Positions 39,166 to 48,714 are shown, counted from the stretch's first letter. The stretch is DNA of 64,000 nucleotides from Candidatus Levyibacteriota bacterium (GCA_016214555.1 JACROF010000016.1:633-64632); one strand, 5' to 3'. Notes: generated by a model from the letters alone, not told the origin. Made by a program: numbers and translations.

Positions 39166-39734
39166 TGCCGATATATACACGACGAGGAGACAAAGGACAA
39201 ACATCGCTTTTTGGAGGAACACGCGTTCTTAAATCAGACGAAAGGGTTGATACCTACGGGACTATCGATGAGCTCAATAGTCTTGTGGGGGTTGTTGTTG
39301 CACATATTGAAAATAGGCATAAAAAATTGGCGTCTTTTTTAGAGAGTATTCAGCATGATCTTTTTGATATCGGATCGTATCTTGCCAACCCCAAGGCGCT
39401 TCCCGTCAAAAGGCTTGAAGATAGAGTAGAGTTATTTGAAAAAGAGATTGATCACATGACAGAAAGAATGCCAGAGTTGCATAATTTTATTCTTCCAGGA
39501 GGAGGAAGGGTGGGGGCGAGCCTTCATCAGGCTAGGACTGTTTGTCGACGAACAGAAAGAAGGCTTGTTGCTCTTATCCAAAAAGAAGAAGTTGATGAGA
39601 CTGTTGTGAAATATGTTAATAGACTTTCGGATTTACTTTTTACGATGGCTCGTTTTGTCAATCACAAAGAAAAGAAAAAAGAAACAAAGTGGACTCGCCT
39701 CGATTCAATCGAGCCGAAGCTGGTTAAACAATAA
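39165..39734 (+). CDS. pduO: PduO-type cob(I)alamin adenosyltransferase
   Basis: IYTRRGDKGQT, YGTIDELNS, ARTVCRRTER, NRLSDLLF. Confidence 0.95.
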   Translation: MPIYTRRGDKGQTSLFGGTRVLKSDERVDTYGTIDELNSLVGVVVAHIENRHKKLASFLESIQHDLFDIGSYLANPKALPVKRLEDRVELFEKEIDHMTERMPELHNFILPGGGRVGASLHQARTVCRRTERRLVALIQKEEVDETVVKYVNRLSDLLFTMARFVNHKEKKKETKWTRLDSIEPKLVKQ

Positions 39735-39865
39735 TATCGGGTGAATCCTGTGCCCCGCATCGACTCAAATCGAGGCGAGAATTCAGGGCTGTGCCGCAAC
39801 TGTCCTTCGACAAGCTCAGGATAAATTTTTCTGAATTGTTTAGAGGGAAAAGTCAGATCCCCGTT
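39735..39865 (+). promoter_or_regulatory. Cobalamin riboswitch 2, with hairpin insertions
   Basis: CGGG-TGAAT-CCTG-TG..AATT-CAGG-GCT-GTGCCG-CAACTGT..AAGTCAGAT-CCCCG; SD-covering hairpin ACTCCT/AGGAGT plus T-run before ATG 39920. Confidence 0.75.
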
Positions 39866-39919
39866 GCCATCTTCCGAGCAGAAGGACATTTTTTGTACTC
39901 CTCGGAAAGGAGTTTTTTT

Positions 39920-41347
39920 ATGGAACGATTATCAACACTTAGTCATGTAATTAAAAAAGAAGCAGCAGCTCGCGTTGCTGGATCAGTACTGTCTTTGTCG
40001 GGGGGGTATAGTGATATGGCTTCAGATATTGCTTCACCTGCTCCTATTATCCGACTAGAGCAGGATGGAGGATTGCAGCGTTATCAGCAGGAGTTTGCAA
40101 ATATCTATGAGATCAGGCGTGATTTTGATAGTGCCCTCAATATAGATACGAGCTACAGACTTTTATCCTGGGATGCTGTTAAATCTCGTAATCGATTTGA
40201 ACAGTGTAGAGACAAAAGAGAGCAGTATGGCTGGCTAAAAAATGAATACAAAGATATCGCAAGCACTCTTCGTGAGCGCTATAACTGTCTTGAGAGCCCA
40301 ATGGATTTTTTTCTGGGTGAAGATGGCAATCTTTACAACAGTGAATTTCCAGCAGAGCCAATACTTACCATTATTGAGCGAGGAGTTTTGTATCAGGAGG
40401 CGCAGGGATCTCAAGAGATTGAGAGAGAGCGAAGCGAACTTATAGGCATTAGCAAAGTCCAGGAATATTTTGCCGACAAAGCAACAGAGATTGGCTCAAC
40501 CATGCTTCTTTTTTCACCACCAGGAACAGTCACAGGAAGTCCTTATGTTAAAAAATTTGTTGATAAATATGTACTAAGCGAAGATCCTGTGACAGGAAAA
40601 AGAATTGTGACGGGAAAGCGATACTCGACCATTATGTCATATCAAGAGTATCAAGATGCGGTTCTCTCGCTTGATCCTGTCTATTTTGACGATGAAGAAG
40701 GGACAATAGATGCTATTCTGCTTCGGAAGCCAATAAAGCTTGAAGGATTTGAGAATCACGAGAGGTTATTGGAGCAAATATTATCTTTTGATCCTGATGC
40801 ATTAACAGGATATGAGTTTGCGATTGTGGATATGATATGTGAACCGATAAAGCCACTTTTAATTGATGCGATAGTCAATTGGAATCCTAAAACAATCGCG
40901 CATATATTTAATACACTTTTGCATATTGGTGATGAGGCAAATGCTTTAGTAAGACAAGGTGATGTTGAAGGTATTAAAGCGATGTTGGTATGGAGTAGGA
41001 GTCTTGACCAAGAAAAGGCGGAGAAAGAGGTTGGGAGAAGAGGAAATCTTCCAATTGAGGTATTAGCTGTTGGTTGTGGTGATTCTGGTGGATTTTTTGA
41101 TAATAGTGTTGGACAGTTTGGTATAGCACCAGAAAATGACCCCAATTTGTGTAGATGTCAGGGAGCAAAGCCTCATTTTCATTGTGGAGGAAGCATCGAA
41201 CAGGCTGTAAAAGATGAAGATGGAAATGTTATCTATGATGAAACAGGAAAAGAAAAGATAGAAGAAATAACGTGCCAATTTAAAGTAATTGTCGGACATG
41301 GAGTAAAAAAATGTCCTGAGTGTGGTCGAGGCGCAGTCTGCGCCTAA
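39920..41347 (+). CDS. Hypothetical protein with Cys/His-rich C-terminus
   Basis: ATG 39920 after AAGGAG; CRC..HFHC..C..CPECG. Confidence 0.8.
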   Translation: MERLSTLSHVIKKEAAARVAGSVLSLSGGYSDMASDIASPAPIIRLEQDGGLQRYQQEFANIYEIRRDFDSALNIDTSYRLLSWDAVKSRNRFEQCRDKREQYGWLKNEYKDIASTLRERYNCLESPMDFFLGEDGNLYNSEFPAEPILTIIERGVLYQEAQGSQEIERERSELIGISKVQEYFADKATEIGSTMLLFSPPGTVTGSPYVKKFVDKYVLSEDPVTGKRIVTGKRYSTIMSYQEYQDAVLSLDPVYFDDEEGTIDAILLRKPIKLEGFENHERLLEQILSFDPDALTGYEFAIVDMICEPIKPLLIDAIVNWNPKTIAHIFNTLLHIGDEANALVRQGDVEGIKAMLVWSRSLDQEKAEKEVGRRGNLPIEVLAVGCGDSGGFFDNSVGQFGIAPENDPNLCRCQGAKPHFHCGGSIEQAVKDEDGNVIYDETGKEKIEEITCQFKVIVGHGVKKCPECGRGAVCA

Positions 41348-41417
41348 TTACTAAAGCTGGAGAACCGAAGCTAATTTCATTGTCTGATTTTGGTATTCGT
41401 GTTAAGATAGTCATACT

Positions 41418-41915
41418 ATGGATAATTCCCAAAATACAACACCACCTCCTGTTCCTGTCTCAAATCAGACTTTGACCATGGATCCAAATCAGATGTCGCT
41501 TCCTCAAGCTCAAAAGCCTTTACCTCAGGCGCCTCAGGGAATTCAGGCTCCTCCTCAGTACAGAGGTGGAGGTCCTCATAAGGAAGTGGCTCCAGTACCC
41601 CAGGCGCCCGTTGCTGAATATATTCGTCCAACTGAAGTAACACCGCAACTCCACCCAGAACTCCAGGAGGCAGGCGTAGAGACGGTGGAGAATAAAGAGC
41701 AGCCGATTCTGACGCAAGATCACAAGCAAGCAGGCATAGAATATGCAAGAGAAGCAACACCAGTTGTTATTCCACAACCCACAACAATCACATTGCCTTA
41801 TGCTTTAGATGAGGCAAAGCAAATTACCAAAAAAGTTTCTACCTCTGAATCAAAACATTGGCTCGCAGCCCTTACTGAGTATATTGTTCGAAAATTGCAG
41901 GCTGTTTCTGCCTAA
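41418..41915 (+). CDS. Hypothetical Pro/Gln-rich protein
   Basis: ORF ending 3 nt before the VirD4-like gene. Confidence 0.7.
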   Translation: MDNSQNTTPPPVPVSNQTLTMDPNQMSLPQAQKPLPQAPQGIQAPPQYRGGGPHKEVAPVPQAPVAEYIRPTEVTPQLHPELQEAGVETVENKEQPILTQDHKQAGIEYAREATPVVIPQPTTITLPYALDEAKQITKKVSTSESKHWLAALTEYIVRKLQAVSA

Positions 41916-41918
41916 TAT

Positions 41919-44276
41919 ATGGAAATACAGTCATTACTTATTACGTTTTTTGGAGGTATTTTTCTTATCGCTTTAATAGTACTTGTTCTTCTTGCGATAG
42001 GGTATATGGTGTTGTTGTGGATGAGGAACAAAGGGCGTGAGGCTGAGTCGCTTAGTTCGGTATTAATGCAGGTATCATTGCCTCGAGATAATGAGATTAA
42101 AATTGATGCAGCAGAGCAATTATTTGCGAGCCTTGCATCGCTTCGAAAATCAAAGAGATTAGATTATTTTAGTAGACAGCCACACGTTTCATTTGAAATT
42201 GTAGGCACCCCAGGCGATGTAAGGTTTTATATCAATGTCCCCATAAAGTTAAAAGATTTTATTGAGAAACAGATTAATGGATCATATCCAGACGCAGAAA
42301 TTGTTCAAGTAAATGATCCTGCTGCTAAGCAAAAAGAAAATGCGACAATTGCAGGTGAATACAATATTTTTTCCGATGCAGGAAAGGTTGCTTTTGCTTC
42401 CTTATCCCTTAAGCACGATGATTTTAAGCCGATCAAAGTCTTCAAAGACTTAGCCGTTGATTCGATGGCATCGGTTACATCTGTTCTTGCCAAAATGGGT
42501 GAAGGAGAAGGCGCTGCAATTCAGATACTTATTCAACCTGCAAATCCAAGATGGAAAGAGTCGGGGAAAGCATATCTTTCTAAGACAAAAAAGAATGAGT
42601 CAAATCCTGAGACCGCAAAGTACTCCTCTGATGCAAAAGAGCTTGAGGCGATCGAGAATAAACTGAGTAAACCTGGGTTTAACACAATAGTTCGACTTGT
42701 GGTTTCTTCAAGCTCCAAAGAAGCAGCAGATGCACATTTGAGCAATCTTATCGGTTCGTTTTCTCAGTACTCAGGAGTAAACATGTTTGGGAAAAATAAA
42801 CACTGGCTTAAAGGTCTTTTTGTTACTGATTTCATCTATCGCTATTTCCCTATGAGAGGACACACATCTGTCTTGACAAGTGATGAGCTAGCTACCATTT
42901 TTCATTTTCCTAATAAAAGTGTTCAAACGCCAGGAATTCATTGGGTGACCTCAAAAAGAGCTCCAGCTCCGGCAAGTATCCCAACTGAAGGGCTCTACCT
43001 TGGCAAGAGCACATTTCGAGGCATTAGTCGGCCTGTCTTTATTCAGGAATCAGATAGACAACGACATATGTATATCATTGGGAAAACTGGTACCGGAAAG
43101 TCAGAATTTCTCAAGCAATCTATCATGCAGGATATCAAAAATGGGGAAGGACTAGCAGTTATCGATCCTCATGGTGATTTAATTGAAGATATTCTTCAGC
43201 TTATGCCCCCTGAGAGGTCTGAGGATGTTATTCTTTTTGATCCATCTGATCTTGAACAACCGCTTGGTTTTAATATGCTTGAGGCTCAAAACGAGCAGCA
43301 GAGACATTTGGTTGTGACATCAGTTATTGGACTTATGTACAAACTATTTGATCCTAACAAAACGGGAATTATTGGACCTCGATTTGAACACGCTGTTAGG
43401 AATGCGATGCTTACGTGTATGTATCAGCCTGGAGCTACTTTTATGGAGGTAGTTCGCGCCCTCACTGACCCCGCTTTCGTCCAGGAGCTTTTGCCACGAG
43501 TTGAAGACCCTGTTATCAGAAGATATTGGACAGATCAGATTGCTCAGACGAGTGATTTTCACAAATCTGAAGTGCTTGATTATATCGTTTCAAAATTTGG
43601 TCGTTTTGTTACCAATAAAATGATTAGAAACATCATAGGTCAGTCAGAAAGTGCTTTTAATTTTAGAGAGGCGATGGATACCAAAAAGATTCTTCTTATC
43701 AATCTTTCAAAAGGAAAAATTGGCGAAGAGAACTCAAGCTTTTTGGGGCTCATTCTTGTGCCAAAGATTTTGGTTGCTGCAATGTCGCGACAGGATATGC
43801 CTATGGAAGATCGCAAGAACTTCTTCCTTTATGTTGACGAGTTTCAGAATTTTGCTACACCTGATTTTGCCCAAATTCTTTCAGAGGCTCGAAAATATCG
43901 CCTTAATTTGATCGTTGCCAATCAGTTTGTTGGACAGATGGAGGAGGAGGTCAAGAATGCTATTTTTGGAAACGTAGGAACAATTGCCGCTTTTCGAGTA
44001 GGTGTTACTGATGCCAATTATCTTCAGCACGAGTTTCAGCCTGTTTTTACGGAGGCCGATTTGATAAATATAGATAGATTTAATTGTTATATGAGGACTA
44101 TTGTTGGTGGCGAGCCTGTCCCTCCTTTTTCACTCGACACGACAAAGGATGTCGAGGCTGAAAAAAGGATGCGTGATCCTCGAGTTGCAGAGCTTGTCAA
44201 AGAATTGTCTCGTCTTAAGTATGGTCGTAATGCACAGATTGTCGAGGCTGAGATTGCTCAACGGTCGCGACTTTAA
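41919..44276 (+). CDS. VirD4/TraD-like coupling ATPase (type IV secretion DNA-binding domain)
   Basis: HMYIIGKTGTGKS, IDPHGDL, LYVDEFQNF, SEARKY..ANQ. Confidence 0.88.
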   Translation: MEIQSLLITFFGGIFLIALIVLVLLAIGYMVLLWMRNKGREAESLSSVLMQVSLPRDNEIKIDAAEQLFASLASLRKSKRLDYFSRQPHVSFEIVGTPGDVRFYINVPIKLKDFIEKQINGSYPDAEIVQVNDPAAKQKENATIAGEYNIFSDAGKVAFASLSLKHDDFKPIKVFKDLAVDSMASVTSVLAKMGEGEGAAIQILIQPANPRWKESGKAYLSKTKKNESNPETAKYSSDAKELEAIENKLSKPGFNTIVRLVVSSSSKEAADAHLSNLIGSFSQYSGVNMFGKNKHWLKGLFVTDFIYRYFPMRGHTSVLTSDELATIFHFPNKSVQTPGIHWVTSKRAPAPASIPTEGLYLGKSTFRGISRPVFIQESDRQRHMYIIGKTGTGKSEFLKQSIMQDIKNGEGLAVIDPHGDLIEDILQLMPPERSEDVILFDPSDLEQPLGFNMLEAQNEQQRHLVVTSVIGLMYKLFDPNKTGIIGPRFEHAVRNAMLTCMYQPGATFMEVVRALTDPAFVQELLPRVEDPVIRRYWTDQIAQTSDFHKSEVLDYIVSKFGRFVTNKMIRNIIGQSESAFNFREAMDTKKILLINLSKGKIGEENSSFLGLILVPKILVAAMSRQDMPMEDRKNFFLYVDEFQNFATPDFAQILSEARKYRLNLIVANQFVGQMEEEVKNAIFGNVGTIAAFRVGVTDANYLQHEFQPVFTEADLINIDRFNCYMRTIVGGEPVPPFSLDTTKDVEAEKRMRDPRVAELVKELSRLKYGRNAQIVEAEIAQRSRL

Positions 44277-44339
44277 CCTTCATTTCAGAAGTTCTTTCTG
44301 CTACAATCGTGCTATTCGTTTTGTGCTTTGTGGAGTTTT

Positions 44340-44411
44340 GGGTGTGTAGCTCAGTGGTAGAGCGCTATCCTTATAAGATAGATGTCCTTGGTTCGATCCC
44401 AAGCACACCCA
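44340..44411 (+). tRNA. tRNA-Ile(TAT)
   Basis: GGGTGTG/CACACCC acceptor, anticodon arm CTATC-CTTATAA-GATAG. Confidence 0.92.
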
Positions 44412-44417
44412 CAAAGA

Positions 44418-45278
44418 TTAGAGCTCAGAGAGAGAAGAAGTGTCTTTTGCGCGGTCTTTTACGTACTCCAAATATCTTTCAGTTGTTGAAATTCTCTTGT
44501 GACCAAGAATCTTTGAAAGAAGGACAAGCGACACACCGTGTTTGAGGTGGTGTGCTACAAAGGTGTGGCGAAGATCATTTACTTTAGCATTCTCAATCTC
44601 AGCGATTCTGAAATATCTCTCAATTGCTGTTCTAATATTACGTACAAGAAATGGTTTTCCTGATTTGGTAATAAAGACGTGGTCGTCTGTGACTTGTGGC
44701 CGGATCTTAAGATATGCATTTAAAGCCTCTTTACTTGGATGATTAAGCGGAACAACTCTCTCTTCATGTTTTTCGTAAGGCCTAATTGAGAGATTGCCAT
44801 CTTTAATATCAGAAAGGCGAAGCTCAGCGAGTTCACCAATACGGATGCCTGTCTGGAGAAGAAGTTCAATAATAGCAAACATGCGTGCGTCGTGACGAGC
44901 TGCATCGCGAAGAGCTCGATATTCAGTAGGTTTAAGAATTCGAGGTGGTGCAAGTTCATAGCGTGGATGTGAGACAAGTAGGGATGGATCATCAGTAATC
45001 ATCTCATTTACCTTAAGAAACCTATAAAACGTTCGTGTTGAGTTAAGCTTTCGAGAAAGAGATTTTGGCGTATAGCCTTTTTCTGACATTTTAGCCAAAA
45101 AAGCCTGAATATCATCTGAGCTCACGTCATGAACATGATGCTTGTCCATCTCCTCAAGAAATGAAGCTAACTGATCAATGTCTTTTCCGTATGCTAGAAT
45201 AGTGCTACTGGAGTGCTTCTTCCCTTTAAGAAAATCAATAAATTTTTGGTGGGCATTTCGTATCGTTGTTGGTTGCAT
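44418..45278 (-). CDS. Tyrosine recombinase, XerC/XerD-like
   Basis: SAM-like N-domain; TGIRIGE, DLRHTF, LGH, TTERY. Confidence 0.9.
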   Translation of the reverse strand: MQPTTIRNAHQKFIDFLKGKKHSSSTILAYGKDIDQLASFLEEMDKHHVHDVSSDDIQAFLAKMSEKGYTPKSLSRKLNSTRTFYRFLKVNEMITDDPSLLVSHPRYELAPPRILKPTEYRALRDAARHDARMFAIIELLLQTGIRIGELAELRLSDIKDGNLSIRPYEKHEERVVPLNHPSKEALNAYLKIRPQVTDDHVFITKSGKPFLVRNIRTAIERYFRIAEIENAKVNDLRHTFVAHHLKHGVSLVLLSKILGHKRISTTERYLEYVKDRAKDTSSLSEL

Positions 45279-45371
45279 AAGCTAGAATTATCCCATAATA
45301 TCAACTAAATTGCAACTAGTCAATAAGAGATTTGCTCAAAGCAGGGTTGAAAGGGAAGACATGGCTAATCA

Positions 45372-45722
45372 ATGAAAAGAATTCTTTACGTAATTATATT
45401 TATTTTCTCTCTCTTTATTATTAATAATTTGCTTCGTTCAATTTACAACCTTTGGCAGAAAAATGATCTTATTTCTGATGCTGTATCGCAACTTAATAAA
45501 GAAAAAAGAGAGTACGAAAAGCTGAGTGATCAGCTTGATAGAGTCAAAAAGATAGATTTTGTTGAGGAAGAGGCTCGAAATAAGCTTTTTTTGGTAAAAC
45601 CAGGAGAGCGAATGGTGATACTAGGTGATGTCAAAAAAGAAGGGAATAGGACAGGGTCTGAGAGTAAGCAGTACTCTTTTCATCCGTGGGGAGAGTGGAT
45701 ACAATTTTTGTTTGGGAAATAA
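45372..45722 (+). CDS. Septum formation initiator (FtsB/DivIC family)
   Basis: TM, coiled coil, EEEARNKLFLVKPGE. Confidence 0.85.
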   Translation: MKRILYVIIFIFSLFIINNLLRSIYNLWQKNDLISDAVSQLNKEKREYEKLSDQLDRVKKIDFVEEEARNKLFLVKPGERMVILGDVKKEGNRTGSESKQYSFHPWGEWIQFLFGK

Positions 45723-45725
45723 ATA

Positions 45726-45749
45726 GGTGCCCGCCTTGCGGCGGGCACC
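45726..45749. terminator. Hairpin between convergent genes
   Basis: GGTGCCCGCC-ttgc-GGCGGGCACC. Confidence 0.7.
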
Positions 45750-45767
45750 ACGTGATCGTGAATCTCT

Positions 45768-46412
45768 CTAGGGAGCAGCTGTAGGCACCGTAAGTGGATC
45801 AAGCGTTCCTGACTCGTAAGCCTCTTGGGCTTTGGAGGTCAAAACGATCTGATACATCTTATCAAGTGCCTGTGGTCCGGTCCACGTTTGGTCACCGACT
45901 GTTGCCTTGAGGCGCGAGCTCGGGAAGCCAAACATGTTGACAATAGTCGACTTGAGAAAGCCGGTTTCTCGCCACGTATCATAGCTTTGTAGCATGTCCA
46001 GAAGCTTGTTCTGGATATTTTTGTACGCCTCTCGACCTGCGCTGATGTAGTCCTGGATCTTTCCCCACAACTCAGTGAGGCCGGTCAGATCAGGATACGC
46101 CTCGGAGATGGCTGTGAAAAGAGGAGATCCTGATCCAAAGCCATCTTCGTCATAGCGACCCTTGACCGCGTCCTCGAGGACTTGATCGAGCGCATCGGTA
46201 CCCGCCTGGGCAACGCCGACCAGCTCGTAGAAGCCGCTGATGTAGGTGGAAAGCTCGTTTTGATTGCTCAGATATTGAGCAGTGAGCTGATTCTCCCGTT
46301 TGATCCCCTCATTTCTGATGCCGTTGATGTAGCTGTAGATGCTGCCACCAATGACACAGAGAAGCAGGAGAACGACGAGGAATCCAATGCCCACTTTTTT
46401 TCCTAAACCCAT
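45768..46412 (-). CDS. Membrane-anchored helical protein (LemA-like)
   Basis: N-terminal TM; EAYPDL..IQDYISAGREAY..Q..LLD..Y pattern. Confidence 0.6.
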   Translation of the reverse strand: MGLGKKVGIGFLVVLLLLCVIGGSIYSYINGIRNEGIKRENQLTAQYLSNQNELSTYISGFYELVGVAQAGTDALDQVLEDAVKGRYDEDGFGSGSPLFTAISEAYPDLTGLTELWGKIQDYISAGREAYKNIQNKLLDMLQSYDTWRETGFLKSTIVNMFGFPSSRLKATVGDQTWTGPQALDKMYQIVLTSKAQEAYESGTLDPLTVPTAAP

Positions 46413-46455
46413 GGAGTCTTCCTTTCTGTTTGCAAAGCGAAAAAAAATCTAGAAA

Positions 46456-47853
46456 CTAGTAGAGGTTGTAACCCCTCCTTCCATTGGTAATGGCGGCCAT
46501 AGCTATCCAGATAAAGCAACTGAGGATAAAGGCTGTGATCAAGATCCCAATCTTCTGTCCTTTTGTTGGCTCAACGTCAAGATAGTCAAAGCCACCTCCA
46601 TCGCCGCTTCCTCCATGCATAGAAACGCGTTTGAACGCAGTACCAGGGTCATCAAGACCCCAGAGTAAGCGTTCAAGCTCTCCATTGCCATGGATACTGC
46701 GAACATCGAGTTTGGTAGTGCCATCCTTTTTCGTTTTCTGGTAGAACTCGCTTTGCACCTGTCCGATAATGGTATCAGGCGTAAGTTGAGCTCCAGGAAA
46801 GCGATCTTTGATGGCTGTGAGGAGTGTCTCATTGCCAAGCGGCATGCCAGTTGTGGCACGAGCCCACGAGACGGTTTGGCCGTCAAGTGTCCCGATGACT
46901 ACAATGACGCTGTTTTTACTGATTGCGTCATCACCCCATATTTTGGGGTCTTGCCAGTATGCCTTGATAGCAAAAAGGTATCTGTCGGGATTTCCACTGA
47001 TCGTATCGTTTTGAACGATGACGAGGTGGACATCTCCTTGGAGCTCTCCTCCAAATCCGGCATTGAGGTAGTTAAGTGACCTCTGCCAGCCTTGGGGATC
47101 TGCAGGAGCAAATCCGACGAATGATACTTTGTCTGCAAAGTAGGTGTTCGTGATGTTGTGGACGATTTTTGGCAGCAAATTTTGCGATTTGTACTCATCA
47201 ATTGAGTCGCTGTACTGCCGCAAGATCGTCTGTTCGCTTGCTAGGATATAGTTGTCATACTGCATCCTTGCTGTCACTGGACCTGGGTGGCCACTATTTA
47301 TCCGATCTCTGGCATCAAGCCAAAGCTGCGGAGTTTTGTAGTCACTTTCACCAAATCCCCATGGAAGCCCAGACGTTTTTTTGTGGGCTTTGTAGTTTTC
47401 TGGAGCGAGAGGTCCAAATGAATAGGTCTTGATCGTAGTTTCGATATAGAGCCTGCGCTCAAAGTCGAAATACGGGCATTCATCGCAACGTTTTTCTTGG
47501 TGAGATGCAGTACACATCCCGTTTTTGTCGTAAGCGTCACAAACCGTGACCCAGTAGCAGTTGCATTCATAGGTGAAACGGCATGAGCCATTTGTATGGC
47601 ATGTGGTTGGTACTTCTGAAGTAGCAACCTCCCAGCCGTTCCAGTACTCATTGAATGAAAGCTTCTCAGCCTTGGCTAGGTTCCATCCCGCAAGTCCGGT
47701 CAGAGGGGCAATGACGATCACAATGATCGCTGATCCGAGGATTAGTTCGTTTACCGTGATCTGTGATTCGCCTCTTGTCCAGTTGAGGATTGCCTTCAGA
47801 AGGCATCCTGCCAAAATTGCAAGAAAAGCTGCAAGAAATACGATTGGCCACAT
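46456..47853 (-). CDS. Membrane protein with Cys-rich extracellular domain
   Basis: 2 N-terminal TM, NEYWNGWE, Cys cluster, C-terminal TM; ATG 47853 after AAAGGAG. Confidence 0.75.
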   Translation of the reverse strand: MWPIVFLAAFLAILAGCLLKAILNWTRGESQITVNELILGSAIIVIVIAPLTGLAGWNLAKAEKLSFNEYWNGWEVATSEVPTTCHTNGSCRFTYECNCYWVTVCDAYDKNGMCTASHQEKRCDECPYFDFERRLYIETTIKTYSFGPLAPENYKAHKKTSGLPWGFGESDYKTPQLWLDARDRINSGHPGPVTARMQYDNYILASEQTILRQYSDSIDEYKSQNLLPKIVHNITNTYFADKVSFVGFAPADPQGWQRSLNYLNAGFGGELQGDVHLVIVQNDTISGNPDRYLFAIKAYWQDPKIWGDDAISKNSVIVVIGTLDGQTVSWARATTGMPLGNETLLTAIKDRFPGAQLTPDTIIGQVQSEFYQKTKKDGTTKLDVRSIHGNGELERLLWGLDDPGTAFKRVSMHGGSGDGGGFDYLDVEPTKGQKIGILITAFILSCFIWIAMAAITNGRRGYNLY

Positions 47854-48090
47854 GGGAAACTCCTTTGCATTGTAGGGCAAAAGTCTGCCGTTCAAGTCGC
47901 ATGCCCTACGGCCTCAACGACAGACTTTTGCAAATAGAGATTCACTGTTAATGTGCAAAAAAATTGGCGAGAGCAATTTCCAAAAGATATTACTATCGCA
48001 TGCGGTATTGTAGCAGAGGAGAGGGTAAAATGTCAATGCTATAGGACATACTATACATAATGAGATTTAGAAGTGGTAGGAATATGCATG

Positions 48091-48120
48091 TCTCCCACTA
48101 CTACAAAGAGTAGTGGGAGA
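48091..48120. terminator. Hairpin downstream of 48136-48594
   Basis: TCTCCCACTACT-acaaag-AGTAGTGGGAGA. Confidence 0.6.
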
Positions 48121-48135
48121 GATAGTTAGCTTTAG

Positions 48136-48594
48136 CTAAAAAATAAGAAAAGAGATGAGCACATTGATAACGCTCAGGAACAGGAAGATAGTGAGAGCGT
48201 TTGAGTATTCTACTATCTTGTCAGATGTACCGCGGAGATACTTCAAGGCCATAGGCTTGGATGCTTCAAGCTCGATATTACATTCAGTATCTCCCTTGAA
48301 AAGCCAATTACCTGATGAAAGCTCATCATCAAGGTGGTAATACGTAATAGGGACTATTGGGTGTGGGGAGGCAAGTCCTTTTAACTCAGTTACCCCATTA
48401 GTAAAAGAAAATTCATATTTACTCCATGCTGTAATGTGTACTGGAATGTTAATGATAAAGCCTTTTTTTAAATGCATGTGAGGCTCAATCATGGTGCCGT
48501 ATTGATCGTTTATGACAATGTGTTTAATGTAGAGATATGTCACAAAGAGGATAGCGATTTCAAGAATGCAAAAGACAATCCAGTTCGTGGCCAT
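48136..48594 (-). CDS. Hypothetical 2-TM protein
   Basis: Terminal TM helices; AAGGAAGG SD. Confidence 0.6.
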   Translation of the reverse strand: MATNWIVFCILEIAILFVTYLYIKHIVINDQYGTMIEPHMHLKKGFIINIPVHITAWSKYEFSFTNGVTELKGLASPHPIVPITYYHLDDELSSGNWLFKGDTECNIELEASKPMALKYLRGTSDKIVEYSNALTIFLFLSVINVLISFLIF

Positions 48595-48675
48595 TTTTCC
48601 TTCCTTTTCTTTTTTAAAGTTCGCTTAGAAGTCTAAGCAATAGTGGGAATTATAACATAGGAGGGGAGAGGGGTA

Positions 48676-48708
48676 CTAAAAAAACCGGCAGAAAGCCGGT
48701 TTTTTTAG
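48676..48708. terminator. Terminator downstream of tRNA-fMet
   Basis: A-run-CCGGC-agaaa-GCCGG-T-run. Confidence 0.75.
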
Positions 48709-48714
48709 TTTGTG

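Noticed and set aside
39791-39919. N-terminal extension MPQLSFDKLRINF.. of the 518-aa ORF
   Set aside because: Overlaps the riboswitch and repeat insert; a better start with SD is at 39920
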